This document shows positions 7,959 through 17,784 of a DNA stretch of 32,000 nucleotides, piece by piece. A program made the translations under genes and the position numbers. A model generated the notes under the pieces. It did not search any database and was not told where the DNA came from. It saw only the letters and a program-made list of their open reading frames with translations. Origin of the DNA: Desulfocapsa sulfexigens DSM 10523 (GTDB lineage: Bacteria; Desulfobacterota; Desulfobulbia; Desulfobulbales; Desulfocapsaceae); contig NC_020304.1 of assembly GCF_000341395.1 (NCBI RefSeq), forward strand, positions 3,420,001-3,452,000. The letters are read 5' to 3'. The number at the start of each line of letters is the position of its first letter. Position 1 is the first letter of the stretch.

Positions 7959-8951
7959 GTGGAACCTATTCTAAATAAAGAACAGATTGCCGAATTACTG
8001 CTTGCTATCAAGAGCGGAAAGGTCTCCACGGACCTGAGGGGTGACGACAGCTCTTTTGATATGGCAAATGTTTCACCTCTAAACCTGTTTCAGATGTCAA
8101 GTACATCGGATAATAAGCAGCGTATTCCGAATCTTGATATTATCCTTGACAACTTTGCATATAATTTTGGCATAAGCTTGACCAATCATCTCCAGAGAAA
8201 TGTAACGATCACTCGAACAGGCATTGACACCTTTGAATTTCAGGAGTATCTCCTCTCTCAAAAAGATGCAGGTGCAATCGGCGTTCTCAGCATGGATCCC
8301 TTAAAAAATGGAGCATTGATGCTCCTCGACACCAAACTTTGTTTCTCTCTTATCGAGATCATGCTTGGAGCCTCCTCTGAAATGGAGCCCTTACAGCCAA
8401 ATCGAAAACCGACAACCATTGAACTCAACATTCTCAAATCAACTATCAGCCAGGCATGTTCTGATATAGATAAATCCTTCGCCCAGATCATCAAGCTTGA
8501 TTCTTCCATTGTCAAAGTTGAATCAAACTCGAGACTTGTTTCAATTGTCGATGCTGATGCAGATGTGCTTTCCGGAAGTTTTCAAATAAAGGTCGGAAGC
8601 CTGTCAGGAACCTTTGACATCGTCTTTCCAGTGGCAACACTTGACCCCGTTCGCGACCAGTTACGTGACCTGCTGACAGTCAAGACTGTTCATCAGTCCG
8701 GATGGCATGATTCACTGCTCGCTGAGATCGAAAAAATGTCCACAAGCATTGTCGCCCAATCGGGAACCATATCCATGCCTGTCCGCAGGGTTATGACACT
8801 TAAAAAAGGTGACATTCTCGACATTGATTACGACCCAAATTCCCCGCTCAAAGTACTCGTTGAAGATAATCTTAAATTTTTCGCCACCCCCGGAACGATT
8901 AGCGGCAAGAAAGCTATTCGTCTGACAGGCGTTTACGATCAAGGAGAATAA
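7959..8951 (+). CDS. fliM: Flagellar motor switch protein FliM
   Basis: GTG start. The N-terminal CheY-P-binding-like LNKEQIAELL motif, the FliM middle domain and the C-terminal SpoA-like domain (LKKGDILDIDYD...LKVLVEDNLKFFATPG) support the call. Confidence 0.93.
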   Translation: MEPILNKEQIAELLLAIKSGKVSTDLRGDDSSFDMANVSPLNLFQMSSTSDNKQRIPNLDIILDNFAYNFGISLTNHLQRNVTITRTGIDTFEFQEYLLSQKDAGAIGVLSMDPLKNGALMLLDTKLCFSLIEIMLGASSEMEPLQPNRKPTTIELNILKSTISQACSDIDKSFAQIIKLDSSIVKVESNSRLVSIVDADADVLSGSFQIKVGSLSGTFDIVFPVATLDPVRDQLRDLLTVKTVHQSGWHDSLLAEIEKMSTSIVAQSGTISMPVRRVMTLKKGDILDIDYDPNSPLKVLVEDNLKFFATPGTISGKKAIRLTGVYDQGE

Positions 8952-8952
8952 C

Positions 8953-9357
8953 ATGGCAGAAGAAAATTTTCAGGAAAGTTCAAAGCCACAGCCTGAAGAA
9001 ATCAAAGAATTACTTGATGAGGAAGGGATGGAAAGCTTCCCTTCTTCGAGCAGCAGCGACTCACACAAGACATCCTCAACCGTTTCCGGGAAAGAGGAGC
9101 GTGGGCTTGAGTTTCTTTATGATGTACCATTACAGATTTCAGTTGAAGTCGGAAGAAGCAAGATACTGCTCAAAGATCTCCTTAAAATGGGTGAGGGGTA
9201 CATCATCGAACTTGACAAGCTTGCAGGAGACCCGCTGGATCTTTATGTAAACTCCCGTCTCATTGCAAAAGGTGAGGCTGTAATGGTGGGAGACAAATTT
9301 GGTATTCGACTTACGGATGTCGTAAGCGCCGTTGATCGCATAGAGCAACTGGGCTAG
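8953..9357 (+). CDS. fliN: Flagellar motor switch protein FliN
   Basis: C-terminal SpoA domain: VPLQISVEVGRSKILLKDLLKMGEGYIIELDKLAGDPLDLYVNSRLIAKGEAVMVGDKFGIRLTDV. Confidence 0.93.
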   Translation: MAEENFQESSKPQPEEIKELLDEEGMESFPSSSSSDSHKTSSTVSGKEERGLEFLYDVPLQISVEVGRSKILLKDLLKMGEGYIIELDKLAGDPLDLYVNSRLIAKGEAVMVGDKFGIRLTDVVSAVDRIEQLG

Positions 9358-9367
9358 GAATCTGACA

Positions 9368-9703
9368 ATGATAGAAAGCAGCGCTCCATCAATGCTCTCT
9401 GCCGGATTCAGGATGATGTGGGGTTTGCTTGTTGTACTCGGTATACTTCTAATCATTTATGGTCTGATGAGAAAACGACTTTCCTTTGTCCACTCAAACA
9501 GTCACTCTAAAATCAGGATCATAGAAATCCGCCATATTATGCCCAAAAAGTCGATCTGCCTCGTTGAGGTGAGGGGCCAGGAATTTCTCCTCGGCCTTGG
9601 CAATGACAACATAACACTTCTTTCGGCCTTAAAGAATGATGAACATTCCTTCGACTCAACTCTTGCCTCTGTAACTGAACAGCATGAAAACCTCTCTTCA
9701 TAA
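9368..9703 (+). CDS. fliO: Flagellar biosynthesis protein FliO
   Basis: Small protein with a single TM (MWGLLVVLGILLIIYGL), followed by ICLVEVRGQEFLLGLGNDNITLL, which is typical of FliO. It sits between fliN and fliP and overlaps fliP by 20 nt. Confidence 0.7.
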   Translation: MIESSAPSMLSAGFRMMWGLLVVLGILLIIYGLMRKRLSFVHSNSHSKIRIIEIRHIMPKKSICLVEVRGQEFLLGLGNDNITLLSALKNDEHSFDSTLASVTEQHENLSS

Positions 9704-10463
9704 CAGAATTTTCAGCAGCCTGGCTCTCGCCCTAGCTGCTTTTCTTTCAGTTCTCGTTCTTTTTCCTGCTTTTAGCCATGCCGTGAGTATGCCAACCATC
9801 AGTTTTGGAGTGGAAAATGCTACTAACCCTGAACAGGTTTCCACGGGACTGCAGGTTCTGTTTCTTCTTACCATTCTCTCAATTGCCCCGGCGATTCTTC
9901 TCATGACCACCTGTTTTACCCGTATTGTCATCGTTCTCGGCTTTGTCCGTCAGGCAATGGGAACCCAAAACATGCCTCCAACCCAGATCATTATTGGACT
10001 TGCCCTTTTCTTAAGTTTTTTCATTATGGCCCCCACCTTAAACAAGATAAACGAAGAGGCTCTGCAACCCTATCTCAATGAGGAAATCAACCAAAATGAT
10101 GCACTGAGCAAAGCTGTAGAACCCATGCGTGATTTCATGTTTTCCCAGGTTAAGGAATCGGATCTCAGTATGCTGTCTGACATCACCATGAATAACGAAC
10201 CATTTGACAAAAATGATATCCCCACGATGACTCTTATTCCCGCTTTTATGCTCTCGGAGCTTAAGCGTTCATTTCAAATGGGGTTTATGATCTATGTCCC
10301 TTTTCTGGTAATAGATATGATCGTGGCATCCATTCTCATGTCCATGGGTATGATGATGCTTCCTCCGGTAATTATCTCCATGCCCTTCAAACTTCTTCTC
10401 TTTGTCTTAGTAGATGGCTGGGCCTTGATTGTCGGTTCACTCCTTAAAAGTTTTCAGGGCTGA
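9684..10463 (+). CDS. fliP: Flagellar type III export gate protein FliP
   Basis: Signal peptide plus LQVLFLLTILSIAPAILLMTTCFTRIVIVLGFVRQAMGTQNMPPTQIIIGLALFLSFFIM and the C-terminal FMLSELKRSFQMGFMIYVPFLVIDMIVASILMSMGMMMLPP. Confidence 0.96.
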   Translation: MKTSLHNRIFSSLALALAAFLSVLVLFPAFSHAVSMPTISFGVENATNPEQVSTGLQVLFLLTILSIAPAILLMTTCFTRIVIVLGFVRQAMGTQNMPPTQIIIGLALFLSFFIMAPTLNKINEEALQPYLNEEINQNDALSKAVEPMRDFMFSQVKESDLSMLSDITMNNEPFDKNDIPTMTLIPAFMLSELKRSFQMGFMIYVPFLVIDMIVASILMSMGMMMLPPVIISMPFKLLLFVLVDGWALIVGSLLKSFQG

Positions 10464-10464
10464 T

Positions 10465-10728
10465 ATGACAGACGAATTTGTTGTAGATATCTGCAGAAAA
10501 GCGATCCAGACTGCTCTTATGATTTCCGGTCCGATGCTCCTAGCCGGAATGATTATAGGACTCATCGTATCAATTTTTCAGGCAACAACACAAATAAACG
10601 AACAAACTCTGACCTTTATCCCAAAAATTATCGCTGTTTTTATTACGCTCCTTCTCATGACCCCCTGGATGATTCACACGATGACATCCTTTGCAACAGC
10701 AATTTTCACAACCATAGCGACCTTTTAA
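10465..10728 (+). CDS. fliQ: Flagellar type III export gate protein FliQ
   Basis: I chose the ATG at 10465, 1 nt after the fliP stop, giving 87 aa. The ORF-track start at 10429 overlaps fliP. LMISGPMLLAGMIIGLIVSIFQATTQINEQTLTFIPKI is the FliQ signature. Confidence 0.93.
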   Translation: MTDEFVVDICRKAIQTALMISGPMLLAGMIIGLIVSIFQATTQINEQTLTFIPKIIAVFITLLLMTPWMIHTMTSFATAIFTTIATF

Positions 10729-10733
10729 ATCCG

Positions 10734-11513
10734 GTGGATTTTCAGCTGATCCCTATACAAGAATTCCAGATATTTCTTGTCTGTCTTTCCCGGGTTGCTG
10801 GCTTTGTCGGAGCTATTCCTATTCTTCTCGCTACTCAAACGCCTGCACAGCTAAAGGCAGCCCTGGTTTTTATGATTGCTCTTGTGCTCTTTCCCGTAAT
10901 GGAACCTTCCATTCCTCCCCTTTCTTTTCAACCAGGAACATTCCTTCTGCTCATGGTATCAGAAGTATTACTTGGCTCCATGATAGGGCTGGTTGCACTA
11001 ATGATTTTCACAGCGGTCGAATATGGTGGAACGGTAATTGGATATCAAATGGGTTTTGCAGCAGCCAATATATTTGATCCCTCAGCCGAACGGCAACTAG
11101 CCCTTATTTCACAATTTCAGAATGTTTTTGCCATTCTTATATTCCTCGCCATTGACGGACACCATGTGTTTCTACAGGTGGCCGCTGAGTCGTACAGAAT
11201 ACTCCCTCCTGGCGTCTTTAATATTTCAGGTGAAGCCATCCCGTACCTGATCACCTTGTCATCCAGAATTTTCCTGTTGGGCATTCAGTTCAGTGCACCC
11301 GTACTGACCGTACTCCTTCTCTCCGGTTTAATTCTCGGTATTCTTGCCCGGGTATTCCCTCAACTCAACGTATTTCTCCTCTCATTTCCTCTGAACATAG
11401 GCATCTCATTTACAGTCATTGGTTTGACACTGCCATTGGTAACCATCCTGTTAAGACGAGAATTTGACAATCTTGGGGAGCGATTCTTCACTGTCCTGCA
11501 ACTGCTAAACTAG
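10734..11513 (+). CDS. fliR: Flagellar type III export gate protein FliR
   Basis: GTG start. Polytopic membrane protein of 259 aa with FliR-like segments (GLQMGF-type YQMGFAAANIFDP, FSAPVLTVLLLSGLILGILARVFPQLNVF). Confidence 0.93.
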   Translation: MDFQLIPIQEFQIFLVCLSRVAGFVGAIPILLATQTPAQLKAALVFMIALVLFPVMEPSIPPLSFQPGTFLLLMVSEVLLGSMIGLVALMIFTAVEYGGTVIGYQMGFAAANIFDPSAERQLALISQFQNVFAILIFLAIDGHHVFLQVAAESYRILPPGVFNISGEAIPYLITLSSRIFLLGIQFSAPVLTVLLLSGLILGILARVFPQLNVFLLSFPLNIGISFTVIGLTLPLVTILLRREFDNLGERFFTVLQLLN

Positions 11514-11588
11514 CCCTCATATGCACCCACCTTCACTCGTGAGAAATGGGGTCTAGAAAACTATCCCTCTTCTCCCAAGCAGCAGCCA

Positions 11589-11604
11589 TGGCAAACTACT
11601 TGCA
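11589..11604 (+). promoter_or_regulatory. Putative sigma54 (-24/-12) promoter upstream of flhB
   Basis: TGGCAAactacTTGCA matches TGGCAC-N5-TTGCW at 10 of 11 specified positions, with exact GG-N10-GC spacing (GG 11590-11591, GC 11602-11603). It lies in the unusual 136-nt fliR-flhB gap, 46 nt before the flhB ATG. Confidence 0.6.
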
Positions 11605-11649
11605 ACGAAATCACCTCTCATAGCCCCTTAATTCAACTTACTGATTACT

Positions 11650-12711
11650 ATGGCCGAAGAATCCTCCAGTGGTGGAGAAAAAACAGAAGCTCCGTCGAGT
11701 AAACGTAGAACTGATTTTAGAAAAAAAGGTCAGGTAGCTCAAAGTAAAGAGGTGCAGACAGCCGCTCTTTTCACATTAGTCCTCCTTTTCTGGATTTTCT
11801 ATATGCCCAGCTTCTGGAGCAGCATGTCAGAGCTCCTCGCAACGCTCTGGAGGAATTTATCGGTTTTTGACGGATCATCCAGCGGCATTACCAGCCTGGC
11901 AATCTTCCTTGTTAAGAATATGGCAGTCCTTCTCGCACCTCTCTTTGTTCTTGTCATGATCATTGGTGTTTTCTCCAGTTTATTTCAAATAGGATGGCTC
12001 TTTACCACCCAACCGCTGGCACCAGACTTTAGCAAACTCGATCCTATAAAAGGTTTTGGACGGATGTTCTCCATGAAAAGCCTTGTCGATCTGGTCAAAT
12101 CCATCCTTAAAATTATATTGATCGCCTGGGTAGCCTACTCAACTGTCCTAAACAACTTTGAAGAGGCATTAATCCTTGTTGATACCAGTGTCACCGAAGC
12201 TATCCTCTATCTTGGACGGACTGCAACCCTTATCCTGGCGAAGGTGTGTGCTATTCTGATACTTATTGCAGCCATTGACTTTCTTTACACACGTTACGAG
12301 ATGGAAGAAAAAATGAAAATGACCAAACAGGAAGTAAAAGAAGAATACAAAGAGATGGAAGGTGACCCCTATATCAAGAGTCAAATCAGGCGGATCCAAC
12401 AGGAGATGGCTCGGAAACGAATGATGGCTGAAGTTCCCGATGCCGACGTCGTTGTCACCAACCCTACTCACTTTGCCGTTGCCATAAAATATGACTCCCT
12501 TTCCATGGATTCCCCTGTTGTAATTGCCAAGGGGGCCGACCATGTCGCCATGCGGATCCGAGAGATAGCTCGAGAAAACAATGTCCCTCTGATAGAAAAC
12601 CCACCTGTGGCTCGATTATTGCATAATATTGACCTAGGGGCTGCTATTCCTGAAGAGCTTTTCAAGGCCGTAGCTGAAATCCTCGCACATGTGTACTCAT
12701 TAAAAAAATAG
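11650..12711 (+). CDS. flhB: Flagellar export switch protein FlhB
   Basis: N-terminus EKTEAPSSKRRTDFRKKGQVAQSKE, four TMs, and the NPTH autocleavage site (VVVTNPTHFAVAIKY). Confidence 0.96.
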   Translation: MAEESSSGGEKTEAPSSKRRTDFRKKGQVAQSKEVQTAALFTLVLLFWIFYMPSFWSSMSELLATLWRNLSVFDGSSSGITSLAIFLVKNMAVLLAPLFVLVMIIGVFSSLFQIGWLFTTQPLAPDFSKLDPIKGFGRMFSMKSLVDLVKSILKIILIAWVAYSTVLNNFEEALILVDTSVTEAILYLGRTATLILAKVCAILILIAAIDFLYTRYEMEEKMKMTKQEVKEEYKEMEGDPYIKSQIRRIQQEMARKRMMAEVPDADVVVTNPTHFAVAIKYDSLSMDSPVVIAKGADHVAMRIREIARENNVPLIENPPVARLLHNIDLGAAIPEELFKAVAEILAHVYSLKK

Positions 12712-12720
12712 TGTAATGAA

Positions 12721-14820
12721 ATGGAACTAACAGGTCAGGGAAGCATATTAAACAGATTGAACGTGAGGGCTCTTCTTCAGCGTGCAGATATCATGGCCGC
12801 TTTTGGGCTGGTTGGTATCCTGATGATTATGATCATCCCTCTACCTTCACTGCTGCTCGATCTGTTTCTCTCAATGAACATAACCGTTGCCCTGCTTATT
12901 CTGATTATCAGTCTTTTCACGGTTAAGGCTATTGATTTTTCAATCTTTCCTGCAGTTCTCCTTGCAACCACTCTCTTCAGGCTCTCTCTTAATGTCGCCT
13001 CCACCCGTTTAATTCTTTTACAGGGTCACGAAGGACCGTCTGCCGCAGGATCTGTTATTCAATCCTTCGGGCAATTTGTAGTTGGAGGCAATTACGTTGT
13101 CGGCCTGGTTATCTTTATCATACTGGTACTTATCAACTTTATGGTTATCACCAAGGGTGCTGGACGAGTAGCTGAAGTTGCCGCCCGTTTCACCCTGGAT
13201 GCCATGCCAGGTAAACAGATGGCCATTGATGCAGACCTTAATGCAGGCCTTATTGATGAAAACGAAGCACGTCAGCGCAGGGAAGAAATCAGCAATGAAG
13301 CCAGTTTCCATGGCTCCATGGATGGTGCTTCCAAGTTTGTTAAAGGGGATGCCATTGCCGGTATCATCATAACCCTTATTAATATTGGTGCTGGCTTTAT
13401 CATTGGTGTTCTGCAAAAAGGGATGCCCATGGCTGAGGCTGCTGCCAATTATACCATCCTCACCGTTGGTGATGGACTCGTAGGGCAAATTCCTGCACTT
13501 ATCATTTCAACTGCCGCTGGTCTTCTAGTTACACGCTCATCCGGAGACACCGATTTCGGTTCAGACTTAAAAGTTCAATTCAGCAGATACGCTGTTGCTT
13601 TCTGGGTTGTCTCAGTTCTCCTTATGATTTTGGCGATTACTCCTGGGCTTCCCTTTATACCTTTTCTCCTTCTTTCCCTGGCACTTGGGTACACTGCGTA
13701 TCAACTTGACAAGGTCAAGCGAATTGAAGAGACACAGTTGACAGATGAAACCATTCAGGAACCTTCTGTTAAAAAAGAAGAAAACTATGAAGAGCTTCTT
13801 AATGTTGACCTGCTTCAACTTGAAGTTGGCTACGGTCTTATTCCATTTGTGGACGCCTCACAGGATGGAGAACTCCTTACCCGCATCCAATCCATCCGTC
13901 GCCAGTTTGCCATGAACAATGGTTTTATTGTTCCGCCAGTCCACATTAAAGACAACCTGCAACTTTCTCCCAACCAATATACCCTTTCGCTAAAAGGCGT
14001 TGAAGTTGCTCAGTCCGAAATGCTCCCTGGCCACTTCATGGCCATGGATCCAGGCATGGTAACGGAAAAAATCAAGGGTGTCCCCACTCAAGAACCTGCT
14101 TTTGGACTCCCTGCCATCTGGATAACAGAAGACAAAAAAGAAAGGGCCCAGATTGCAGGTTATACAGTTGTTGACTGTACAACTGTCATGGCCACCCATA
14201 TTTCCGAAATCATCAAACAACATGCCCATGAGCTGATAGGCAGGCAGGAGGTTCAGAACCTCATCGACAACCTTGGCAAAACCTATCCGAAATTAATTGA
14301 AGAGCTGATTCCATCTGTCCTTTCCCTTGGAACCATAATGAGAATCCTCCAGAATCTTCTCTCTGAAGGTGTTTCCATTCGTGACCTGCGGACCATTCTT
14401 GAATCCATGGCAGACTGGGCTCCCGTCACTAAAGACACAGACATTCTCACCGAATATGTACGCCATGCCCTTGCAAGAAGCATCAGTCAGGATATCGCAA
14501 TAAATAATGTAATTCCTCTTATTTCTCTCAGTAAACGAGTCGAAGACGAAATTGCACAATCGGTGCAGCACAAGGAAACCGGCAGTTACCTTGCCATTGA
14601 TCCTGCAAAAGCGCAGCTGATCCTGGATTCCATTGGCCAGGCCATTCCACTTTTTGAAGGTGGTCAACGACCAACCCTTCTTGCTGCCCCACAGATACGT
14701 CCCCATGTACGAAAACTTACCGAACGATATTTTCCGCAGCTGGTTGTCATCTCACACAATGAGATACTTCCAAATATTAAAATCAGATCAATTGGCAGCG
14801 TGACCCTGGATGCAAGTTAA
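12721..14820 (+). CDS. flhA: Flagellar export gate protein FlhA
   Basis: 699 aa. Conserved segments RVAEVAARFTLDAMPGKQMAIDADLNAGLIDE and GDGLVGQIPALIISTAAGLLVTR, plus a large cytoplasmic C-terminal domain. Confidence 0.97.
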   Translation: MELTGQGSILNRLNVRALLQRADIMAAFGLVGILMIMIIPLPSLLLDLFLSMNITVALLILIISLFTVKAIDFSIFPAVLLATTLFRLSLNVASTRLILLQGHEGPSAAGSVIQSFGQFVVGGNYVVGLVIFIILVLINFMVITKGAGRVAEVAARFTLDAMPGKQMAIDADLNAGLIDENEARQRREEISNEASFHGSMDGASKFVKGDAIAGIIITLINIGAGFIIGVLQKGMPMAEAAANYTILTVGDGLVGQIPALIISTAAGLLVTRSSGDTDFGSDLKVQFSRYAVAFWVVSVLLMILAITPGLPFIPFLLLSLALGYTAYQLDKVKRIEETQLTDETIQEPSVKKEENYEELLNVDLLQLEVGYGLIPFVDASQDGELLTRIQSIRRQFAMNNGFIVPPVHIKDNLQLSPNQYTLSLKGVEVAQSEMLPGHFMAMDPGMVTEKIKGVPTQEPAFGLPAIWITEDKKERAQIAGYTVVDCTTVMATHISEIIKQHAHELIGRQEVQNLIDNLGKTYPKLIEELIPSVLSLGTIMRILQNLLSEGVSIRDLRTILESMADWAPVTKDTDILTEYVRHALARSISQDIAINNVIPLISLSKRVEDEIAQSVQHKETGSYLAIDPAKAQLILDSIGQAIPLFEGGQRPTLLAAPQIRPHVRKLTERYFPQLVVISHNEILPNIKIRSIGSVTLDAS

Positions 14821-16123
14821 AGTATTCGAATCTAAAGACATGGCAACTGGCCTGCGAATGGTTAAGGCAGAACTTGGTCCTGATGCCCTTATCCTGTCCA
14901 CTAAGACTATTCGTTCAGGAAAACTTGGGCTTCTAGGGAAAAGTCATTTTGAAATCACTGCCGCCATTGACAGTTCATGGCCCCACAAAGGTGGGAAATC
15001 CTTACCAGTTGAAGACGAGTCTCACAGGGATACTCTTGACTCTGAGCGCGAGATGCTCCTTTCTTCTCACCGAGAGCATATGACAGAGGACGGTCTTACC
15101 TATAACTCTTCTTCACGTCTGAACGGATCTTCTCTATCAAGGGAGTCAGTATCTCCTGTAAAAAAGAAAGAATTTATTCCAGAAGAGCAATCGCCTTTGC
15201 AGGAAGAAGTCAATGAACTGAAGGCCATGATCAAGAATCTCGGCCAGGAAATGCTCAGAATAAACCGTCACCAGGGTGGATCAACAACAGGTAATGACTT
15301 CAAAAATTCTGGAACTGAGGACGTACCACTCCACTCCCTGCACCAGCGCCTTCTCGATTATGGTATCAGTGAAGAGACTGCTCAAACCATATCAAGTTTT
15401 GCCAAGGAGTCACTGACACTGGATGAAATTTCAGATCCTTTCAAACAGCAGCAATTCGTCGCGACAACGATCAACGATCTCCTCCGGGTTCGTCCAGACA
15501 TATTCCAGGAAAACAGACGACAGCATCGGATTGCTTTGGTGGGCCCTACCGGTGTTGGTAAAACAACTACACTTGCCAAAATTGCCGCAAGTTTCCTTAG
15601 CAATCACTCTGGGAGTATCGGATTTATAACCGTAGACACATACAGAATTGCCGCCGTTGAGCAGCTAAAAGTGTATGGCGATATAATGAATATCCCTGTT
15701 GAAGTTGTCCTTAACCCGGAACAACTGGAAAATGCACTGCTTAAATTTCGGGACAAAGATCTTGTCCTCATTGATACAGCGGGAAGAAGTCCGCAGGACA
15801 GTTTCTGTATCGACGAGCTTGTTTCCTTTTTCCGTCCGGATTTTTCCATTGAGAAGCACCTTGTTCTTTCCGCCACCACTCGTGAAAATGAACTTTTTAA
15901 TACTTTTCAGCGTTTCTCGGTTCTCGGAATTGACCATGCAATTATCACCAAAATTGATGAATGCACAAGCCTTGGCCTCCTGCTTGACATTCAAATCCGG
16001 GAACAGATCCCCTACTCCTACATCACCAATGGCCAAAGAGTCCCGGAAGATATAATAGAAGCAGACAGAGAAGTTTTGACTCAGCTGATTATGTCCCCCG
16101 GCAAAGGATTACCCTATGAATAA
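14810..16123 (+). CDS. flhF: Flagellar placement SRP-type GTPase FlhF
   Basis: The N-terminus MQVKVFESKDMATGLRMVKAELGPDALILS is a typical FlhF B-domain start. G motifs are GPTGVGKTTT, DTAGR and TKIDE. Overlaps the flhA stop by 11 nt. Confidence 0.92.
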   Translation: MQVKVFESKDMATGLRMVKAELGPDALILSTKTIRSGKLGLLGKSHFEITAAIDSSWPHKGGKSLPVEDESHRDTLDSEREMLLSSHREHMTEDGLTYNSSSRLNGSSLSRESVSPVKKKEFIPEEQSPLQEEVNELKAMIKNLGQEMLRINRHQGGSTTGNDFKNSGTEDVPLHSLHQRLLDYGISEETAQTISSFAKESLTLDEISDPFKQQQFVATTINDLLRVRPDIFQENRRQHRIALVGPTGVGKTTTLAKIAASFLSNHSGSIGFITVDTYRIAAVEQLKVYGDIMNIPVEVVLNPEQLENALLKFRDKDLVLIDTAGRSPQDSFCIDELVSFFRPDFSIEKHLVLSATTRENELFNTFQRFSVLGIDHAIITKIDECTSLGLLLDIQIREQIPYSYITNGQRVPEDIIEADREVLTQLIMSPGKGLPYE

Positions 16124-17024
16124 TTCACGTTCTGCTGTGCAGGATCAAGCCGATACTCTAAGAGGAATGGAACGTCTCAGCGATTCGGCCATGACATCTG
16201 AACAAACCGGCACAGCTACCAGAGTATATGCAATTACCAGCGGTAAAGGCGGTGTCGGTAAAACCGCCGTTGTCGCAAATACTGCAACGGCAATGGCAAA
16301 GCTTGGCAAAAAGGTTCTCATACTCGATGCGGATCTTGGCCTCGCCAATATAGACGTAGTCTTTGGGCTGGCCCCAAAATACAACCTCAATCATTTTTTC
16401 TCAGGCGATCATAGTCTCAGCTCGATAATGGTGGACGGACCTCATGGAATAAAAATTCTCCCTGCAGGATCTGGTGTTCAAAATTTCACCAGACTTGATT
16501 CCAGTCAAAAGCTTAAGCTGCTCGACGGTCTGGATCAAATGCACAACGAGTTTGATTTCGTTCTCATAGACACAGAAGCTGGTATTTCTGAAAATGTCAC
16601 CTATTTCAATACTGCCGCTCAGGAGATACTGGTCGTTACCACACCTGACCCTACAGCCATAACCGACGCCTATGCGCTAATGAAGCTTCTTTCAACGCAG
16701 TACCACGAAAAGCGCTTCAATCTTGTGGTCAATCAGATTCAGCACGAAAATGAAGCACTTGATGTATACCGGAAACTCACGATGGTATCTAATCGCTATC
16801 TAGACATATCTATTGATTTTCTTGGTTCCATTCCCTCCGACCGTCAAATGACAGACGCTATCCGCAAACAACGCGTCATCGTCGATCTTTATCCATCCTC
16901 TAAAATATCCACTGCATTTGTCAATCTTGCCCGAACCATCTGTTCAGAACAACCGATATCCACTCCCAAGGGCGGTGTTCAGTTCTTCTGGAAAAGATTG
17001 CTGGATATTAGTGGCAGGGGGTAA
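16116..17024 (+). CDS. flhG: Flagellar number regulator FlhG (FleN/MinD-type ATPase)
   Basis: Deviant Walker A SGKGGVGKT. The N-terminal DQADTLR matches the DQAxxLR motif known to stimulate FlhF. Overlaps flhF by 8 nt. Confidence 0.9.
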   Translation: MNNSRSAVQDQADTLRGMERLSDSAMTSEQTGTATRVYAITSGKGGVGKTAVVANTATAMAKLGKKVLILDADLGLANIDVVFGLAPKYNLNHFFSGDHSLSSIMVDGPHGIKILPAGSGVQNFTRLDSSQKLKLLDGLDQMHNEFDFVLIDTEAGISENVTYFNTAAQEILVVTTPDPTAITDAYALMKLLSTQYHEKRFNLVVNQIQHENEALDVYRKLTMVSNRYLDISIDFLGSIPSDRQMTDAIRKQRVIVDLYPSSKISTAFVNLARTICSEQPISTPKGGVQFFWKRLLDISGRG

Positions 17025-17027
17025 CAC

Positions 17028-17759
17028 ATGGTTTACACTCCTCATAAGCTTCCTGAAGACAGGACAACCCTGATAACTGATCACCTTACCCTTGTTGACA
17101 TCATCGCAGGACGAATGGTTACCCAGGTCCCTTCTTTTATGAATCGTGATGACATTAAGAGTGCGGGAATGATGGGACTTATCGATGCTGCAAATAAATT
17201 TCAGCCGGAAAAGAATATACTTTTCAAAACATTCGCCGAATATCGCATTCGTGGGGCAATCCTTGATGAAATGCGAAAACTTGACTGGTTCTCACGCTCT
17301 CTTCGAGAAAAACAATCCAGTATCAACAGATGCATGATAGAACTTGAAAGAGAACTCGGCCGCTCCCCCGAGGAGCATGAAATGGCAAATAAACTTGAAA
17401 TAAGCCTTGAAGAATATCAGAACCTGCTCGGCCAGGTCAGTCATCTCGGTTGTGTCAGTCTCAATGAAACTCTGGATCATTCCGATACAGGAAGATCATT
17501 CCAGGATGCCCTGATCGATACCCGTAAAGGCTCCTCCCCCGTCAGTATCCTTGAACAGCATGAATTAACACATATCATTGCCGAAATACTTGAACAACTT
17601 TCGGAAAAAGAGCGTCTGGTTGTTTCACTCTACTACTACGAGGAACTCACTCAAAAAGAGATTGCTGAAGTCCTGGAAGTCTCCGAGGGGCGTGTCTCTC
17701 AGCTGCACAGCCAGGCCCTCATCAAATTGAAGACTAAGGCCCAGAATGCCATTCATTAG
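17028..17759 (+). CDS. fliA: Flagellar sigma factor FliA (sigma28)
   Basis: Sigma70-family regions 2-4: FKTFAEYRIRGAILDEMRKLDW (region 2) and LTQKEIAEVLEVSEGRVSQLHSQALIKLK (4.2 HTH). Size and position after flhG fit. Confidence 0.93.
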   Translation: MVYTPHKLPEDRTTLITDHLTLVDIIAGRMVTQVPSFMNRDDIKSAGMMGLIDAANKFQPEKNILFKTFAEYRIRGAILDEMRKLDWFSRSLREKQSSINRCMIELERELGRSPEEHEMANKLEISLEEYQNLLGQVSHLGCVSLNETLDHSDTGRSFQDALIDTRKGSSPVSILEQHELTHIIAEILEQLSEKERLVVSLYYYEELTQKEIAEVLEVSEGRVSQLHSQALIKLKTKAQNAIH

Positions 17760-17784
17760 GTTTTAATACCAATACGGGAACAAA

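Noticed and set aside
13018-13488. 156-aa minus-strand ORF inside flhA (similar cases at 14293-14706, 15665-16036, 20007-20453 and 22253-22615)
   Set aside because: All lie antisense within highly conserved flagellar coding sequences. Their composition is unremarkable or odd, and nothing independently supports them.
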